This document shows positions 10,169 to 19,637 of a DNA stretch of 64,000 nt, in pieces (the first letter of the stretch is position 1; every line of letters starts with the position of its first letter). Position numbers and translations under genes: made by a program. Source of the DNA: a virus; IMG/VR virus record IMGVR_UViG_3300026518_000011, positions 9,929 to 73,928 of that record. The stretch is one strand, 5' to 3'. Below the pieces are notes generated by a model that was not told where the DNA came from, ran no database searches, and saw nothing but the letters and a program-made list of their open reading frames with translations.

Positions 10169-12421
10169 TTAGCTAATTACGATTCGCCCAGCAAAACGAG
10201 CATCTGGGGTAGAGATGACTTGCATTTCAACATCTCCGTTAGCAAATATTGTAAGTTTATTCACGGTCACCAAGAAGTAATTTCCCAATCCATCACTCTG
10301 ATACGTTTGGACAATTGATGGGGACGTGATCCCATGAGCGGTGGCCAGTATTTTATTGGAATATACCCCGCCAGATACTGTCCCCCAATCTGTGGTAGCA
10401 TTAAATACTGTCACCGAAGGAGATTGTGGCGGTGTGGACCACCCCAGTTTGCCAGCACCATCGGTATCAATAAGAACTTGACCGGTGGCAGTGGGGCCAG
10501 CAGCGGGCAATGTAATCGTATAAGCCGATGTAACTGATGCTGGCGCAGTAAATCCTATAGCAATAGAATTAGCACCAATCAGTGATATTGCACCACCTGT
10601 AACACCATCACCATTACTGATACTAACATCATTGCCAACCCCGTTAGTGGTTAGGGAGATTCCTTTACCTGCTACTGTAATAGGCTGCGAGGTCCCACCA
10701 TCCAGTGTTATTGCGCCTGTTGACTTGATATCAAGTGCTTTGGCAACCGGACTCAATACACTAAAATCAAAACCATTCAATGATATGGTCCGAACAGAGG
10801 ACAATACCGCATTTGTAGTCTCGATCCAATTAACGGCAGGTGCCGGTTCCTGAATAAGAGTTACTACCCCAGAATTGTCTGAATAATATACGTGAGTGAT
10901 TGGGTCAGTGTTAATATTCGTACCAGTGTAATAGATAAAGGTGTCAGTATTATTTGGTCCATTAAACACTGCAATTTCCGCAGGGGTTGGATTACCGGCG
11001 GTGGCCGGAGCTACTGCTGAATCTTTGGCGAATGCCCGATCATTGCCAGCATTCAGTGGTTGCCATTTGTTACTAGTGCGGTCCGAATAATACGCACGGC
11101 CTAAAATGTTGTCAACCCCCCAACGAACCCCAGCAGGAACTGGGCCACTCAATGCGGTTGGACTCTCAATCACCTCATTCACTGGCGCTGTTGCATAATG
11201 TAGCCCATCAGTGCCAATAGTCAGACTATTGCCAATATCTGCTGATACCCCTTGTGCAGGGTGTTTGTGGTCTTCTCGTACTAAATTGCTACTTACACCC
11301 ACTGCACCAACACCATCGGTAGCTGCTGGTGAAATCGCACTGGCTAAGACGAAGTCCATACTTTCAAATTCAGCAATCTTTTTCCATGCAGTTCCGTCCC
11401 ATACATACATAGCAGCACCAGCGGTAACTGTAGCATCACCAGATGCATCTACCACATAAGCAATATCACCGATTAATTGTCCGGTTGCTGCTGCCATTGC
11501 TGCACTATTCGCAAATACATCTTGATTAGTTGCAATCGTATGAGGGGAGGTAAGCTCGGTGACTGTCCCAGAGACATCCACATGATATACATAGGTAGGA
11601 GCAGACGCGGGTAGATCATCGCCGGTGTAATACAAGATAGCGTCAGTATAAGGACCTGTCAGGGCAAATGCAGTGATTTCCCCCACCGTGGGCTGACCAG
11701 CGGTCGCTGGAGCAACGGTGGTATTATCCGCATGGACACGATTATTTGCAACCGACGCTAATGCTACCAATTTTCCATCAGCGCCAGATGTAATTATATT
11801 ACCAGCATCAGTGGAAATCAGATTGGTAGGGCCTGCCATATGCAAACCGTCGGTACCTACGGTCAAAAGTTGACCTGCATCCGCAGATACGCCTTGTGCA
11901 GGATGTTTGTGGTCTTGTCTCGAAACTTTAGGAGATACACCAATTGCGCCGGTGGCATTATTAGCCGCAGGGGATACCCCCGTAGCATACACCACCGATA
12001 TTCGGGAATCAATATCTAACTGCAACTCCACCAATGCAGCCTGAACATCCGTTGATGTAAGATTACCAACAGGTGTGACAGTAATTTCGGCACCTATATA
12101 ATCTCCAGCAACCGCTACCACATTGCCCGTACGGCCAAATACCGATGCTACTGCACCCCCACCCCCACCACCACCAGTGGCACCCCATGTGGTCCCACCA
12201 TAGGTCTCCAATTGAGAGGTAGTAGTATTCCAGATCAATAGTCCTGCAACAGGGGATGGAATAGCATCTCGCTGCGCGGTGGTCAATCGAGCAGTAAGAA
12301 AGCCACCGTTAGTATCTTCAATTTGAATAACCGCCGATGGTTCACCAGCGGTTCGGGCATTTACGGCATTGTTTCCCACCATAACTGGCTTTAGGCGGTA
12401 TTTACGATTCGGGTCAGACAT
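10169..12421 (-). CDS. tail fibre protein with internal duplications and HxH motifs
   Basis: GGFLTARLTTAQRDAI.SP.AGLLIWNT N-terminal module; two copies of DHKHPAQGVSAD...GTDGLH and of VAPATAG.PT..EI..F...YYTG. Confidence 0.7.
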   Translation of the reverse strand: MSDPNRKYRLKPVMVGNNAVNARTAGEPSAVIQIEDTNGGFLTARLTTAQRDAIPSPVAGLLIWNTTTSQLETYGGTTWGATGGGGGGGAVASVFGRTGNVVAVAGDYIGAEITVTPVGNLTSTDVQAALVELQLDIDSRISVVYATGVSPAANNATGAIGVSPKVSRQDHKHPAQGVSADAGQLLTVGTDGLHMAGPTNLISTDAGNIITSGADGKLVALASVANNRVHADNTTVAPATAGQPTVGEITAFALTGPYTDAILYYTGDDLPASAPTYVYHVDVSGTVTELTSPHTIATNQDVFANSAAMAAATGQLIGDIAYVVDASGDATVTAGAAMYVWDGTAWKKIAEFESMDFVLASAISPAATDGVGAVGVSSNLVREDHKHPAQGVSADIGNSLTIGTDGLHYATAPVNEVIESPTALSGPVPAGVRWGVDNILGRAYYSDRTSNKWQPLNAGNDRAFAKDSAVAPATAGNPTPAEIAVFNGPNNTDTFIYYTGTNINTDPITHVYYSDNSGVVTLIQEPAPAVNWIETTNAVLSSVRTISLNGFDFSVLSPVAKALDIKSTGAITLDGGTSQPITVAGKGISLTTNGVGNDVSISNGDGVTGGAISLIGANSIAIGFTAPASVTSAYTITLPAAGPTATGQVLIDTDGAGKLGWSTPPQSPSVTVFNATTDWGTVSGGVYSNKILATAHGITSPSIVQTYQSDGLGNYFLVTVNKLTIFANGDVEMQVISTPDARFAGRIVIS

Positions 12422-12483
12422 CTAAGGTTCTCCACAATAACATTTGGTATAATGGTATTTAGGAGAGACTGAGTTCCCACAAA

Positions 12484-13416
12484 TTATCCAATTTCGCGCA
12501 CCCATCCAACTGTTGCATTGACGTAGATATATCGGATCGAGAAATGATTTACGGTGATGACATCATCAACTGCTGCACCATAAAAATTATAACCGCTGGT
12601 AGTGGGTTGAAACGTTACATTATTGGCAATCACATTCCCACCAACGTCGATTATGTGAACCCGTGTCCCCGTAACCACAGATGGACCAGCGGGGGGGATG
12701 ACATTAATTGGAACCGTGGTGGTATCCACAAACTCAATCGTATCATATGGTGTAGCATATGAGGAGGTATGGACCAGAGGATTTACTGCGCCCCCACCCA
12801 CCCATGACAGATTACCTGCCCCATCAGTGGTTAAGGTGTTACCTGCCGCCCCATCCACAGCAGGTAGCGTGAATGTAACACTGGTGGTTACAGCATCAGG
12901 AGCTTTCAAACCAACATAGCCACTATTTATCCCATATAGTTGTATCTCATGAGTCTCATTAGGCGCTGCGGTGCCCGATGAGTAAAATCGAGTAATTAAT
13001 TGACTGGTGCCTATTTTTGAGATAGCAATCGCATTAATCCCGTCCACTCCCATTGATAACAGACCACTGGATGCTGAATAACTGGTAATCCCATTGACAG
13101 TCTGAACCTGCATCCTTGCTGAACCGGACGATGATCCTAGAAAGGTGGCAGAGTTTCCTGATGCCACATTTTTTGTCTGCATCAGGAGTACACCTATCGT
13201 TCCCACTCCGTGTAGACCGATGGATGAATTTATGGTAGGATTGATAAACTCCACACCAACCCCTGGTACCGTAAATCCGGCCAATCCCGACCCTGAAATT
13301 TTTATAGCACCCGTCTGTGCCACCGAGGTCACTGACAACCCATTGCCAGTGCTGATAATCATGTTATTAGTAACATCTGGCCCAGCAGCAATGATACGAT
13401 CATTTGTATTTGGCAT
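12484..13416 (-). CDS. tail fibre-like protein
   Basis: YVGLKAPDAV...FTLPAVDGAAGNTLTTDGAGNLSW module; start moved to MPNTND (13416), directly after the upstream stop. Confidence 0.6.
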   Translation of the reverse strand: MPNTNDRIIAAGPDVTNNMIISTGNGLSVTSVAQTGAIKISGSGLAGFTVPGVGVEFINPTINSSIGLHGVGTIGVLLMQTKNVASGNSATFLGSSSGSARMQVQTVNGITSYSASSGLLSMGVDGINAIAISKIGTSQLITRFYSSGTAAPNETHEIQLYGINSGYVGLKAPDAVTTSVTFTLPAVDGAAGNTLTTDGAGNLSWVGGGAVNPLVHTSSYATPYDTIEFVDTTTVPINVIPPAGPSVVTGTRVHIIDVGGNVIANNVTFQPTTSGYNFYGAAVDDVITVNHFSIRYIYVNATVGWVREIG

Positions 13417-13417
13417 A

Positions 13418-14863
13418 TTATATATTCCTTCCAGTTTCCAGCCAGAATGATCCATCCCACATGAGATTTAAGACTGAAGATTGGCCCAATACGATAGAGC
13501 CATTTAAGATAAGTAGTCCTGCACTATTATACTGAACCGTATTGGTATTGTTGCCGCCAATCACTGTCAATCGTTCCCCAACAGATGTCCCAAGCGTAAA
13601 TGGTATCGCAACGGTCGCCACCACCGGACCCCCTAACCCCTCCACGAATACGATATTCTCGTTAGCGACGGTCGGTAATATGATTGTAGTCAGTCCGTCA
13701 GTGGCCACTGGCACTGTGCGGCTTCCGACCACTGTGGGGGTATTGATAGTAGCCACCCATGATAGATTACCCGTCCCGTCGGTGGTTAGGGCGTCCCCCG
13801 TAGCCCCGTCCGCTGCTGGAAGGGTCCACACCTGATTGGAGGGCGCATTTATAGGACCCTTAAATCCTACATATCCGTTGTTGCCAGTTCCTGTCCCATC
13901 CTTAAACCGTAACTCCCCAGTAGTAGGTGCGATTGGATCGGCCCCAATAACCACCCACCCAAAATTGGCTGCACCCCCCGTTGATGATCTCCCCGGTTGT
14001 AATAGGACCAATCCGCCCACACCGGTGTTTGTTGTTCCGCCCTGCAACGTCGCAGGGCCACCATCCCCACTACCTAATGACCCACCGCCGCGTATCACGG
14101 ATGCACCACCTGTGCCAGATACACTACCACCCAGACCACCCGAAATAATCACTTGGCCACCAAACCCAGTTGTGCCGCCATCTCCAGCAGTTTGAATGAT
14201 TCTACCCCCCTGCGAGGTGTCAGTGTTTCCTGCATCAATAATGATATCCCCACCGCTACCAATAGCCCCAGCGGGTTTATCAGCAGTGCGTATAGTAATC
14301 TTACCAGCCTGCCCCGCTAATATACCAGAGCCACCAGCGGCAATCATAATATTGCCACCATTACCAGAATCGGCCCCACTACCACTAGTAATACTGATAG
14401 GAGTCCCTGCGGTGTTACCAGCAGCCAGTCCACTAGATGCAGTAATGTTGATACCACTAGTGGACCAACTCAATTGATTAGTAAGACCAGTATAGTTACC
14501 AGTATTGTCACCGATATCCAACGTTAGGGTATCATTGTCTGCCGTTTTTTCCACAGACAGCCTAGTGTCACTATCGGCATCTACCATGTCAGTGATATTG
14601 ACTGCACCACCACTACTGAGAGGAACCCATGTGATCCCGTCATAGTATTCAAACTGGGTGATATCCCAATTCCAGATCAACAACGCCGGTGTGGGTTGTT
14701 GAATCAAATCCCGCTGAACTGTGGTCATCCTAGCAGTCAAGAAACCACCATTCGTGTCATCGATGTGTATTGCAGCCGAGGGTTCCGGAACGGCACGTGT
14801 CTGGACCGGATTATTTGAAACCATAAATGGCTTCAAGCGGTGTTTACGATTATACGCAACCAT
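13418..14863 (-). CDS. glycine-rich tail fibre protein
   Basis: N-terminus paralogous to 10169-12421; repeated G.GG.I.I.AG; WTLPAADGATGDALTTDGTGNLSW. Confidence 0.7.
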   Translation of the reverse strand: MVAYNRKHRLKPFMVSNNPVQTRAVPEPSAAIHIDDTNGGFLTARMTTVQRDLIQQPTPALLIWNWDITQFEYYDGITWVPLSSGGAVNITDMVDADSDTRLSVEKTADNDTLTLDIGDNTGNYTGLTNQLSWSTSGINITASSGLAAGNTAGTPISITSGSGADSGNGGNIMIAAGGSGILAGQAGKITIRTADKPAGAIGSGGDIIIDAGNTDTSQGGRIIQTAGDGGTTGFGGQVIISGGLGGSVSGTGGASVIRGGGSLGSGDGGPATLQGGTTNTGVGGLVLLQPGRSSTGGAANFGWVVIGADPIAPTTGELRFKDGTGTGNNGYVGFKGPINAPSNQVWTLPAADGATGDALTTDGTGNLSWVATINTPTVVGSRTVPVATDGLTTIILPTVANENIVFVEGLGGPVVATVAIPFTLGTSVGERLTVIGGNNTNTVQYNSAGLLILNGSIVLGQSSVLNLMWDGSFWLETGRNI

Positions 14864-14894
14864 CTTATAACTTTCCCATCAATTACGTGGGTAT

Positions 14895-15605
14895 TTATGA
14901 CATCTTGGAGATTATCCATTCATTCAGTGATTCATCAGTTGCGGCCCTATCCGTATCATCTTGATCAGCACCAGTGGTCTCTTGGGCATTATCCGCTGCA
15001 TCAATAGCATCCTGTTGGGCTTTCTGATTTTGGGTAATACTGCGATGAATAAAATAATCAGTAATGACCTCTTCCGAATATGGGACTTTTCGCGTTGTGG
15101 TGGGAAATACAATGGAAAAATCTTCAATTTGCAAATTTGACAACAATGACACTTGCTCCATCATATCCTGTAGATCATCGAACTGAAATTTTTCTCGCTG
15201 CATTTCTACATATACGATAGAGGTATCTGGTATAGTATCAGAATCTCCATACGCGACATCTAACACCCCACGACATTTCATAACAAAATCCCTGAATGGA
15301 ATAACCGCAGAGGATACTCCCTTGATGAAAAACGCAAAGACGATGTTATTGGTCTCTGGATCGCCTGGCACATACTCATCGATACTCAACTGAGGTAATA
15401 GAATGTAGCGTAAATCGCCAGCCACCAGTCCTTCAGTTAGCATACGAAATAATTTTTGATCATCCGTGTCAGGCACGGACTCATAGATGTTTGTAAATGC
15501 AGACCCCATCTGATCGATATGAAAATCGGCATCCCACCGATTGTCAAACTTTATGGATGGCACATACTCACCAGTACCACCATTACGGATCACCCAATGC
15601 ATCAT
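14895..15605 (-). CDS. hypothetical phage protein, late, possibly head-associated
   Basis: 236-aa ORF in operon; several h-x-E(S/G) motifs. Confidence 0.55.
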   Translation of the reverse strand: MMHWVIRNGGTGEYVPSIKFDNRWDADFHIDQMGSAFTNIYESVPDTDDQKLFRMLTEGLVAGDLRYILLPQLSIDEYVPGDPETNNIVFAFFIKGVSSAVIPFRDFVMKCRGVLDVAYGDSDTIPDTSIVYVEMQREKFQFDDLQDMMEQVSLLSNLQIEDFSIVFPTTTRKVPYSEEVITDYFIHRSITQNQKAQQDAIDAADNAQETTGADQDDTDRAATDESLNEWIISKMS

Positions 15606-16084
15606 AGTGCCTCCAATGCCTGATCAGATAGCTCTTCAATCCGGTCTTTGTTTGTTTTTTCGATCTGGTCTAGGCTCTGTTTAAGGATCGTAAATGTTAC
15701 CAGTTTACCATTCTGATGGGTCTTCACCGTGACCTTACCCTGTCCAATAGCGTCGTTCACCCGCTTAGCCCCCCGTAGATCAGTATCGTTGGACACCAGT
15801 AGAGTCACGGTGATCCAGAATTTCTCAACCACGGGCTTACCTATGACTTGGGCAGTATCCCACCCTTTGAACAGATATATGTCATGTTGGTCTAGGAATT
15901 CTTCAAACATATACAAATAGTTCATCAAGGTGGTGTCACCTCCGAGGTTTGCCATTACTTCGTCACGATCTGATTCCATTAATAAAAACTCGGATAACGA
16001 ATCGTCATCTTCATTTAGCATAACCTCGATCATTTGGTTAAATGTATCAATATCACCAGTCATAGCGCATCCCTCATATTGCAT
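15602..16084 (-). CDS. hypothetical phage protein, late
   Basis: ORF directly below the TAAATA box at 16089-16094; the start may instead be the ATG at 16063. Confidence 0.55.
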   Translation of the reverse strand: MQYEGCAMTGDIDTFNQMIEVMLNEDDDSLSEFLLMESDRDEVMANLGGDTTLMNYLYMFEEFLDQHDIYLFKGWDTAQVIGKPVVEKFWITVTLLVSNDTDLRGAKRVNDAIGQGKVTVKTHQNGKLVTFTILKQSLDQIEKTNKDRIEELSDQALEAL

Positions 16085-16133
16085 ATGGTATTTAGGTATT
16101 ATTTAAAACATATCTAAGGGAAAATATTAATAC

Positions 16134-16162
16134 TTGACTATCTGGCCATCTATGGATACACT
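16134..16162 (+). promoter_or_regulatory. sigma70-like early promoter
   Basis: TTGACT-17 bp-TACACT upstream of a small plus-strand gene cluster. Confidence 0.6.
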
Positions 16163-16171
16163 ATCACATAT

Positions 16172-16492
16172 ATGACCCCAATCAGAGGAACCCCAATGAC
16201 AAGTATTCATCCATCAATGCTGGAAACCGTATCTAAGGAATTGGATACCCTACGAGTGGCGCAAACAGTATTATCCAATATTCGGTCTAGCAAGGGGTGG
16301 GGCGATTCCCAATCTATCACTGGTAGCATTGGCAACCCATCAGACACTATCCTGATTACCATAGATATATCTGATGCATTGACACGAAACGAGCGTGATA
16401 CTATTATCGGTATATTGGCGAATGGACAAGCACGGGTTGTTGATCGATTGACATCCCGCCTAGAGTCCGATTACGGGATTACCATAGGATAG
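16172..16492 (+). CDS. hypothetical early protein
   Basis: ORF below the sigma70-like promoter; alternative start at 16196 with AGAGG. Confidence 0.55.
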   Translation: MTPIRGTPMTSIHPSMLETVSKELDTLRVAQTVLSNIRSSKGWGDSQSITGSIGNPSDTILITIDISDALTRNERDTIIGILANGQARVVDRLTSRLESDYGITIG

Positions 16493-16552
16493 GGGTAATC
16501 CTTTTTCTCCTGCTATAAGGGTATTAGCAAAACCAAAGGGAGGAACCCAATC

Positions 16553-16723
16553 ATGGAATTTTCAAAGACAATCGTTGTTACTCGTAGCATCGAGATTGAA
16601 GTTCATCCTGATCTGATTGCTGATGATCTCTATCTGGTATATTCCCGTTGGAGTGATCGTAAAACTTTTCAGTGTAGGTTCATGACTAGTGATATGATCA
16701 AATATAGGGGGTCACCCCAATGA
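16553..16723 (+). CDS. small hypothetical protein (56 aa)
   Basis: Hand translation MEFSKTIVVTRS...GSPQ; GGAGG RBS; ATGA overlap with the next ORF. Confidence 0.5.
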   Translation: MEFSKTIVVTRSIEIEVHPDLIADDLYLVYSRWSDRKTFQCRFMTSDMIKYRGSPQ

Positions 16724-16908
16724 ATATTGCATTTAGCCAATACACTCTTAGTGCAATTAAAAATATCGGGACACCCAAATGCCCCGATAATATCAAAGAT
16801 TTTGCATATCAAATGTTTCTAACACATCCAGATATTAGCATAGAACGGATACGTTTCATATGGAATGCGATTCAAGAATGTGATATAAATTACGATGGCC
16901 CTACATGA
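16720..16908 (+). CDS. small hypothetical protein
   Basis: ATGA-coupled 62-aa ORF. Confidence 0.45.
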   Translation: MNIAFSQYTLSAIKNIGTPKCPDNIKDFAYQMFLTHPDISIERIRFIWNAIQECDINYDGPT

Positions 16909-16909
16909 A

Positions 16910-17617
16910 TCACACAACCATTCCATTATCTGGCCAGTGATTTAAAATTTTAGCCACCGTGGGGTGCCGAACTACATCTGCATTGGTGAAATGGGTGAAT
17001 GCGATTTCATCTATTTCACCAAGAATTGATTCGGCCACGTGGAAACATGATTTATTCCCTACATCACTTTGAATGGGATCACCAGTGATAACCATTTTGG
17101 ACCCATAACCCAATCGGGTCAATAGCATTAATAGATTATCTTTAGAGGCATTTTGCATTTCATCAGAAATGATAAACGAGTTGTTGAAGCTCCTGCCCCG
17201 CATATACGCCAATGGAACAATTTCGATTTTTCCCTCCACTAAATGTTGCTTAATCGTATTGGGGTTCCAGTAGGTTTTGAAGGCATCAAATATAGGCTGA
17301 AGATATGGGTCCATTTTTGCTGCAATGTCTCCGGGCAAAAATCCTAAGTCTTCCCCACCTGCGGTAACGGCTGGGCGGCAAATGACAATTTTATCTACCT
17401 CTTCATTGATTAATGCTTGCATGGCTAATAATGATGCTATGTAGGACTTTCCGGTCCCTGCGGCTCCCATACCGAATGAAATGTCATGGGATCGTATCGC
17501 TCGTATGTAATCCTTTTGTGTATCATTTCGAGCTTTGATTTTTAACTCAACACGTGTCCGTGGAACTGGTTCGAATACTTGTTGATCGCGTTTGGTCTTA
17601 CGGCGCTTTTTGGCCAT
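16910..17617 (-). CDS. phoH: PhoH family ATPase
   Basis: GAAGTGKS, RPAV, LGFLPGD, PLAYMRGRSF, DEMQN, GDPIQSD, VVRHP; GGAGG RBS before the ATG at 17617. Confidence 0.95.
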   Translation of the reverse strand: MAKKRRKTKRDQQVFEPVPRTRVELKIKARNDTQKDYIRAIRSHDISFGMGAAGTGKSYIASLLAMQALINEEVDKIVICRPAVTAGGEDLGFLPGDIAAKMDPYLQPIFDAFKTYWNPNTIKQHLVEGKIEIVPLAYMRGRSFNNSFIISDEMQNASKDNLLMLLTRLGYGSKMVITGDPIQSDVGNKSCFHVAESILGEIDEIAFTHFTNADVVRHPTVAKILNHWPDNGMVV

Positions 17618-17720
17618 AGATACCACCTCCTAAGTAGTTATGGAGCAGCCCGATGAGTCGCAGACTCCTCACAAGTATTTATGCTACCGAGTATAATAAT
17701 ACATCCAATATAATTAGTTC

Positions 17721-17749
17721 TTGACGAATCGGTAATGGCCAGCTATACA
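17721..17749 (+). promoter_or_regulatory. sigma70-like early promoter
   Basis: TTGACG-17 bp-TATACA. Confidence 0.5.
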
Positions 17750-17783
17750 TGATTTTAAGCAACCAACGGACAAGGATTTTACC

Positions 17784-17945
17784 ATGATGACACTGCGTGA
17801 TATTTTGGACATGATGACCACGAAAGAGATTTTTGAAAATTATGTATATCCGTATTTCAACGGTGGTGGGCCATTGTATAAGGCCGCACTTGAGGAAATC
17901 GAAAAACGATATAATGCGCTGGAACAAAACACACAAGGGGTATAA
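17784..17945 (+). CDS. small hypothetical protein (53 aa)
   Basis: Hand translation MMTLRDILDMM...NTQGV; AAGGA RBS; fills the gap before DUF932. Confidence 0.5.
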   Translation: MMTLRDILDMMTTKEIFENYVYPYFNGGGPLYKAALEEIEKRYNALEQNTQGV

Positions 17946-17946
17946 C

Positions 17947-19023
17947 ATGCTACAACACTCACCATTGATGGTATCCACCATGGCACAAACCAGCAACGAT
18001 AAACTACCCTGGGATGATGTGGGAACCCGTCTCAGTGATGGACGAAACCTCCCCCAGACACTACGGGAGGCCCATCTCGACTGGGACGTCATCAAGCGCC
18101 CCGCGTGGGTAGATATCGCATCATATGGCGATTCTGACGAAGCTGATGTGATGGCACCAAATGGTGCACCAATGCATCCGACTCGTGTCAAAGGTAACTA
18201 TGTAATGCTTCGGTCCGATACTATGGAACCAGTGAGTCCGTTTGTTGGCCCACGGTATAAACCTATTCAGAATTATGACGCCTTTAAGGTCTTTCAGGAT
18301 TTTTGTGAGGCAGGGAACATGACTATGGAAACTGCTGGGTCTCTGTCAGGTGGTGAACACATCTGGGGATTGGCAAAAATCAATGGGGAATACCAACTAT
18401 GTGACGGGGAGTTCATCAGCGGCTACTTTCTATTGATTCAGTCCCATATCTATGGTAGCTCCCTGAAGGCTATGTTTACCCCTGTGCGGTATCCTGGTGG
18501 ACACATGTTGGTTCAGTCAGTGAACCGTAGCGTTGTTGGTCAGAAAACCTATACTATGCCCCACTCCCGCCATTTTAATGAAAGTCGTGTTTCGGAGATT
18601 CATGAAGTCATGGGGGTAGCCGAGCGGGAGCTTGATCATTTCATCAAGGAGGCACGGACCATGACCCAACGGATGGTATCTGATGAAGCGGTGATCCGTT
18701 ACTTTATTGAGGAGTTTAATCCCACATTGCACACGAAGGTCCAAAACGGGGTAGTAGTGATTCCAGCGGGTATGAAAATTTCTGATCTGACCGATTGGGA
18801 ATGGTCCAACCGCAATATGAAGCGGGTGCCCCAATATATGGAATCATATGCTGGGGCCGACCTACCCACCTGTCAGGGAACGGCGTGGGGAGTAATGCAG
18901 GCAACTAACAATTTCTATGATCATGAAATTGGAGTAAACCCAGACACTCGATTGGTCAGTGCATGGATGGGACCAAATGCTAAAAAGAAATTAGCTGCCG
19001 CCGCTCGGGCACAACAAATGTAG
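17947..19023 (+). CDS. DUF932 family protein
   Basis: PW..VGT, AHLDWDV, VGPRYKPIQN.DAF, METAGSL.GG, FTPVR, GTAWG..A...YDH; true start at 17947 after AAGGGG. Confidence 0.85.
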   Translation: MLQHSPLMVSTMAQTSNDKLPWDDVGTRLSDGRNLPQTLREAHLDWDVIKRPAWVDIASYGDSDEADVMAPNGAPMHPTRVKGNYVMLRSDTMEPVSPFVGPRYKPIQNYDAFKVFQDFCEAGNMTMETAGSLSGGEHIWGLAKINGEYQLCDGEFISGYFLLIQSHIYGSSLKAMFTPVRYPGGHMLVQSVNRSVVGQKTYTMPHSRHFNESRVSEIHEVMGVAERELDHFIKEARTMTQRMVSDEAVIRYFIEEFNPTLHTKVQNGVVVIPAGMKISDLTDWEWSNRNMKRVPQYMESYAGADLPTCQGTAWGVMQATNNFYDHEIGVNPDTRLVSAWMGPNAKKKLAAAARAQQM

Positions 19024-19024
19024 C

Positions 19025-19053
19025 TTGACATTATGGATATCACCTATTATAAG
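19025..19053 (+). promoter_or_regulatory. sigma70-like early promoter
   Basis: TTGACA-17 bp-TATAAG. Confidence 0.6.
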
Positions 19054-19083
19054 TGGGTGATATCAACACTGATGGGGGTAATC

Positions 19084-19350
19084 ATGATTTTTGGAAGAAT
19101 TGCACAATTACGGAAGGATTTTCTGAATGTTAAATTTCATGGCACAACTCGTGATGAGTTTTTCCAAGTGCGGGATTTAGCATCATCTATTATTCGTGAC
19201 ATCCCCACAGAAGTAAGCCGTATTTATGAGAGTGCCCCACGCGTTCATGGTGCCCGTCAACATGGCCAATTGGATTTACTTGATCAATGGAAATCGTGCG
19301 CCTCCAATATTATGGACCAGTGTGAAAACGCTGCTATGAAAATCATCTAA
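19084..19350 (+). CDS. hypothetical early protein
   Basis: ORF with GGGGG RBS below the promoter; the longer 5' extension in the ORF track overlaps the promoter. Confidence 0.5.
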   Translation: MIFGRIAQLRKDFLNVKFHGTTRDEFFQVRDLASSIIRDIPTEVSRIYESAPRVHGARQHGQLDLLDQWKSCASNIMDQCENAAMKII

Positions 19351-19356
19351 CAAAAT

Positions 19357-19380
19357 AAGGGGGCCATAATAAGCCCCCTT
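19357..19380. terminator. bidirectional terminator hairpin
   Basis: aagggggc...gccccctt between convergent genes. Confidence 0.55.
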
Positions 19381-19403
19381 TGGTATAATTTTGTGTTTAT
19401 GAA

Positions 19404-19637
19404 TTATTGCCTAAATTTATATGTAGCAATGCCAGAACGTTCTAGCATTGCTACGGTATCTGGGTCAGTGTACGGGTCAAATATGGACTCTTGACTACCC
19501 AACTGATCAATGGCTTCAACAATTTCTGCACCACTGTTAAATCGCAATGAGTTCCGTTCTGCCTCTGTGATATTACTCCTAGAGGCCGTAACGATAAACG
19601 CCTTAATATCGTATAACAGATCAACAGCTTCTGACAT
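19404..19637 (-). CDS. small hypothetical protein
   Basis: Coupled to the upstream gene; C-terminal MLERSGI resembles the IKRLSGM motif of its neighbour. Confidence 0.5.
   Translation of the reverse strand: MSEAVDLLYDIKAFIVTASRSNITEAERNSLRFNSGAEIVEAIDQLGSQESIFDPYTDPDTVAMLERSGIATYKFRQ

Noticed and set aside
13418-13455. Overlap of two fibre ORFs as a programmed frameshift
   Set aside because: An ATG at 13416 sits immediately after the upstream stop, which explains it as ordinary coupling; no slippery heptamer seen
2490-14477. Many plus-strand ORFs in the track (e.g. 2490-3128, 9669-10172, 13836-14195; likewise 21978-22580)
   Set aside because: Antisense shadows of well-supported minus-strand genes, with no motifs
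1039-14863. Diversity-generating retroelement or invertible fibre cassette
   Set aside because: No reverse transcriptase or invertase; no near-identical template/variable repeat pair with adenine-specific differences seen; paralogy is at protein level only
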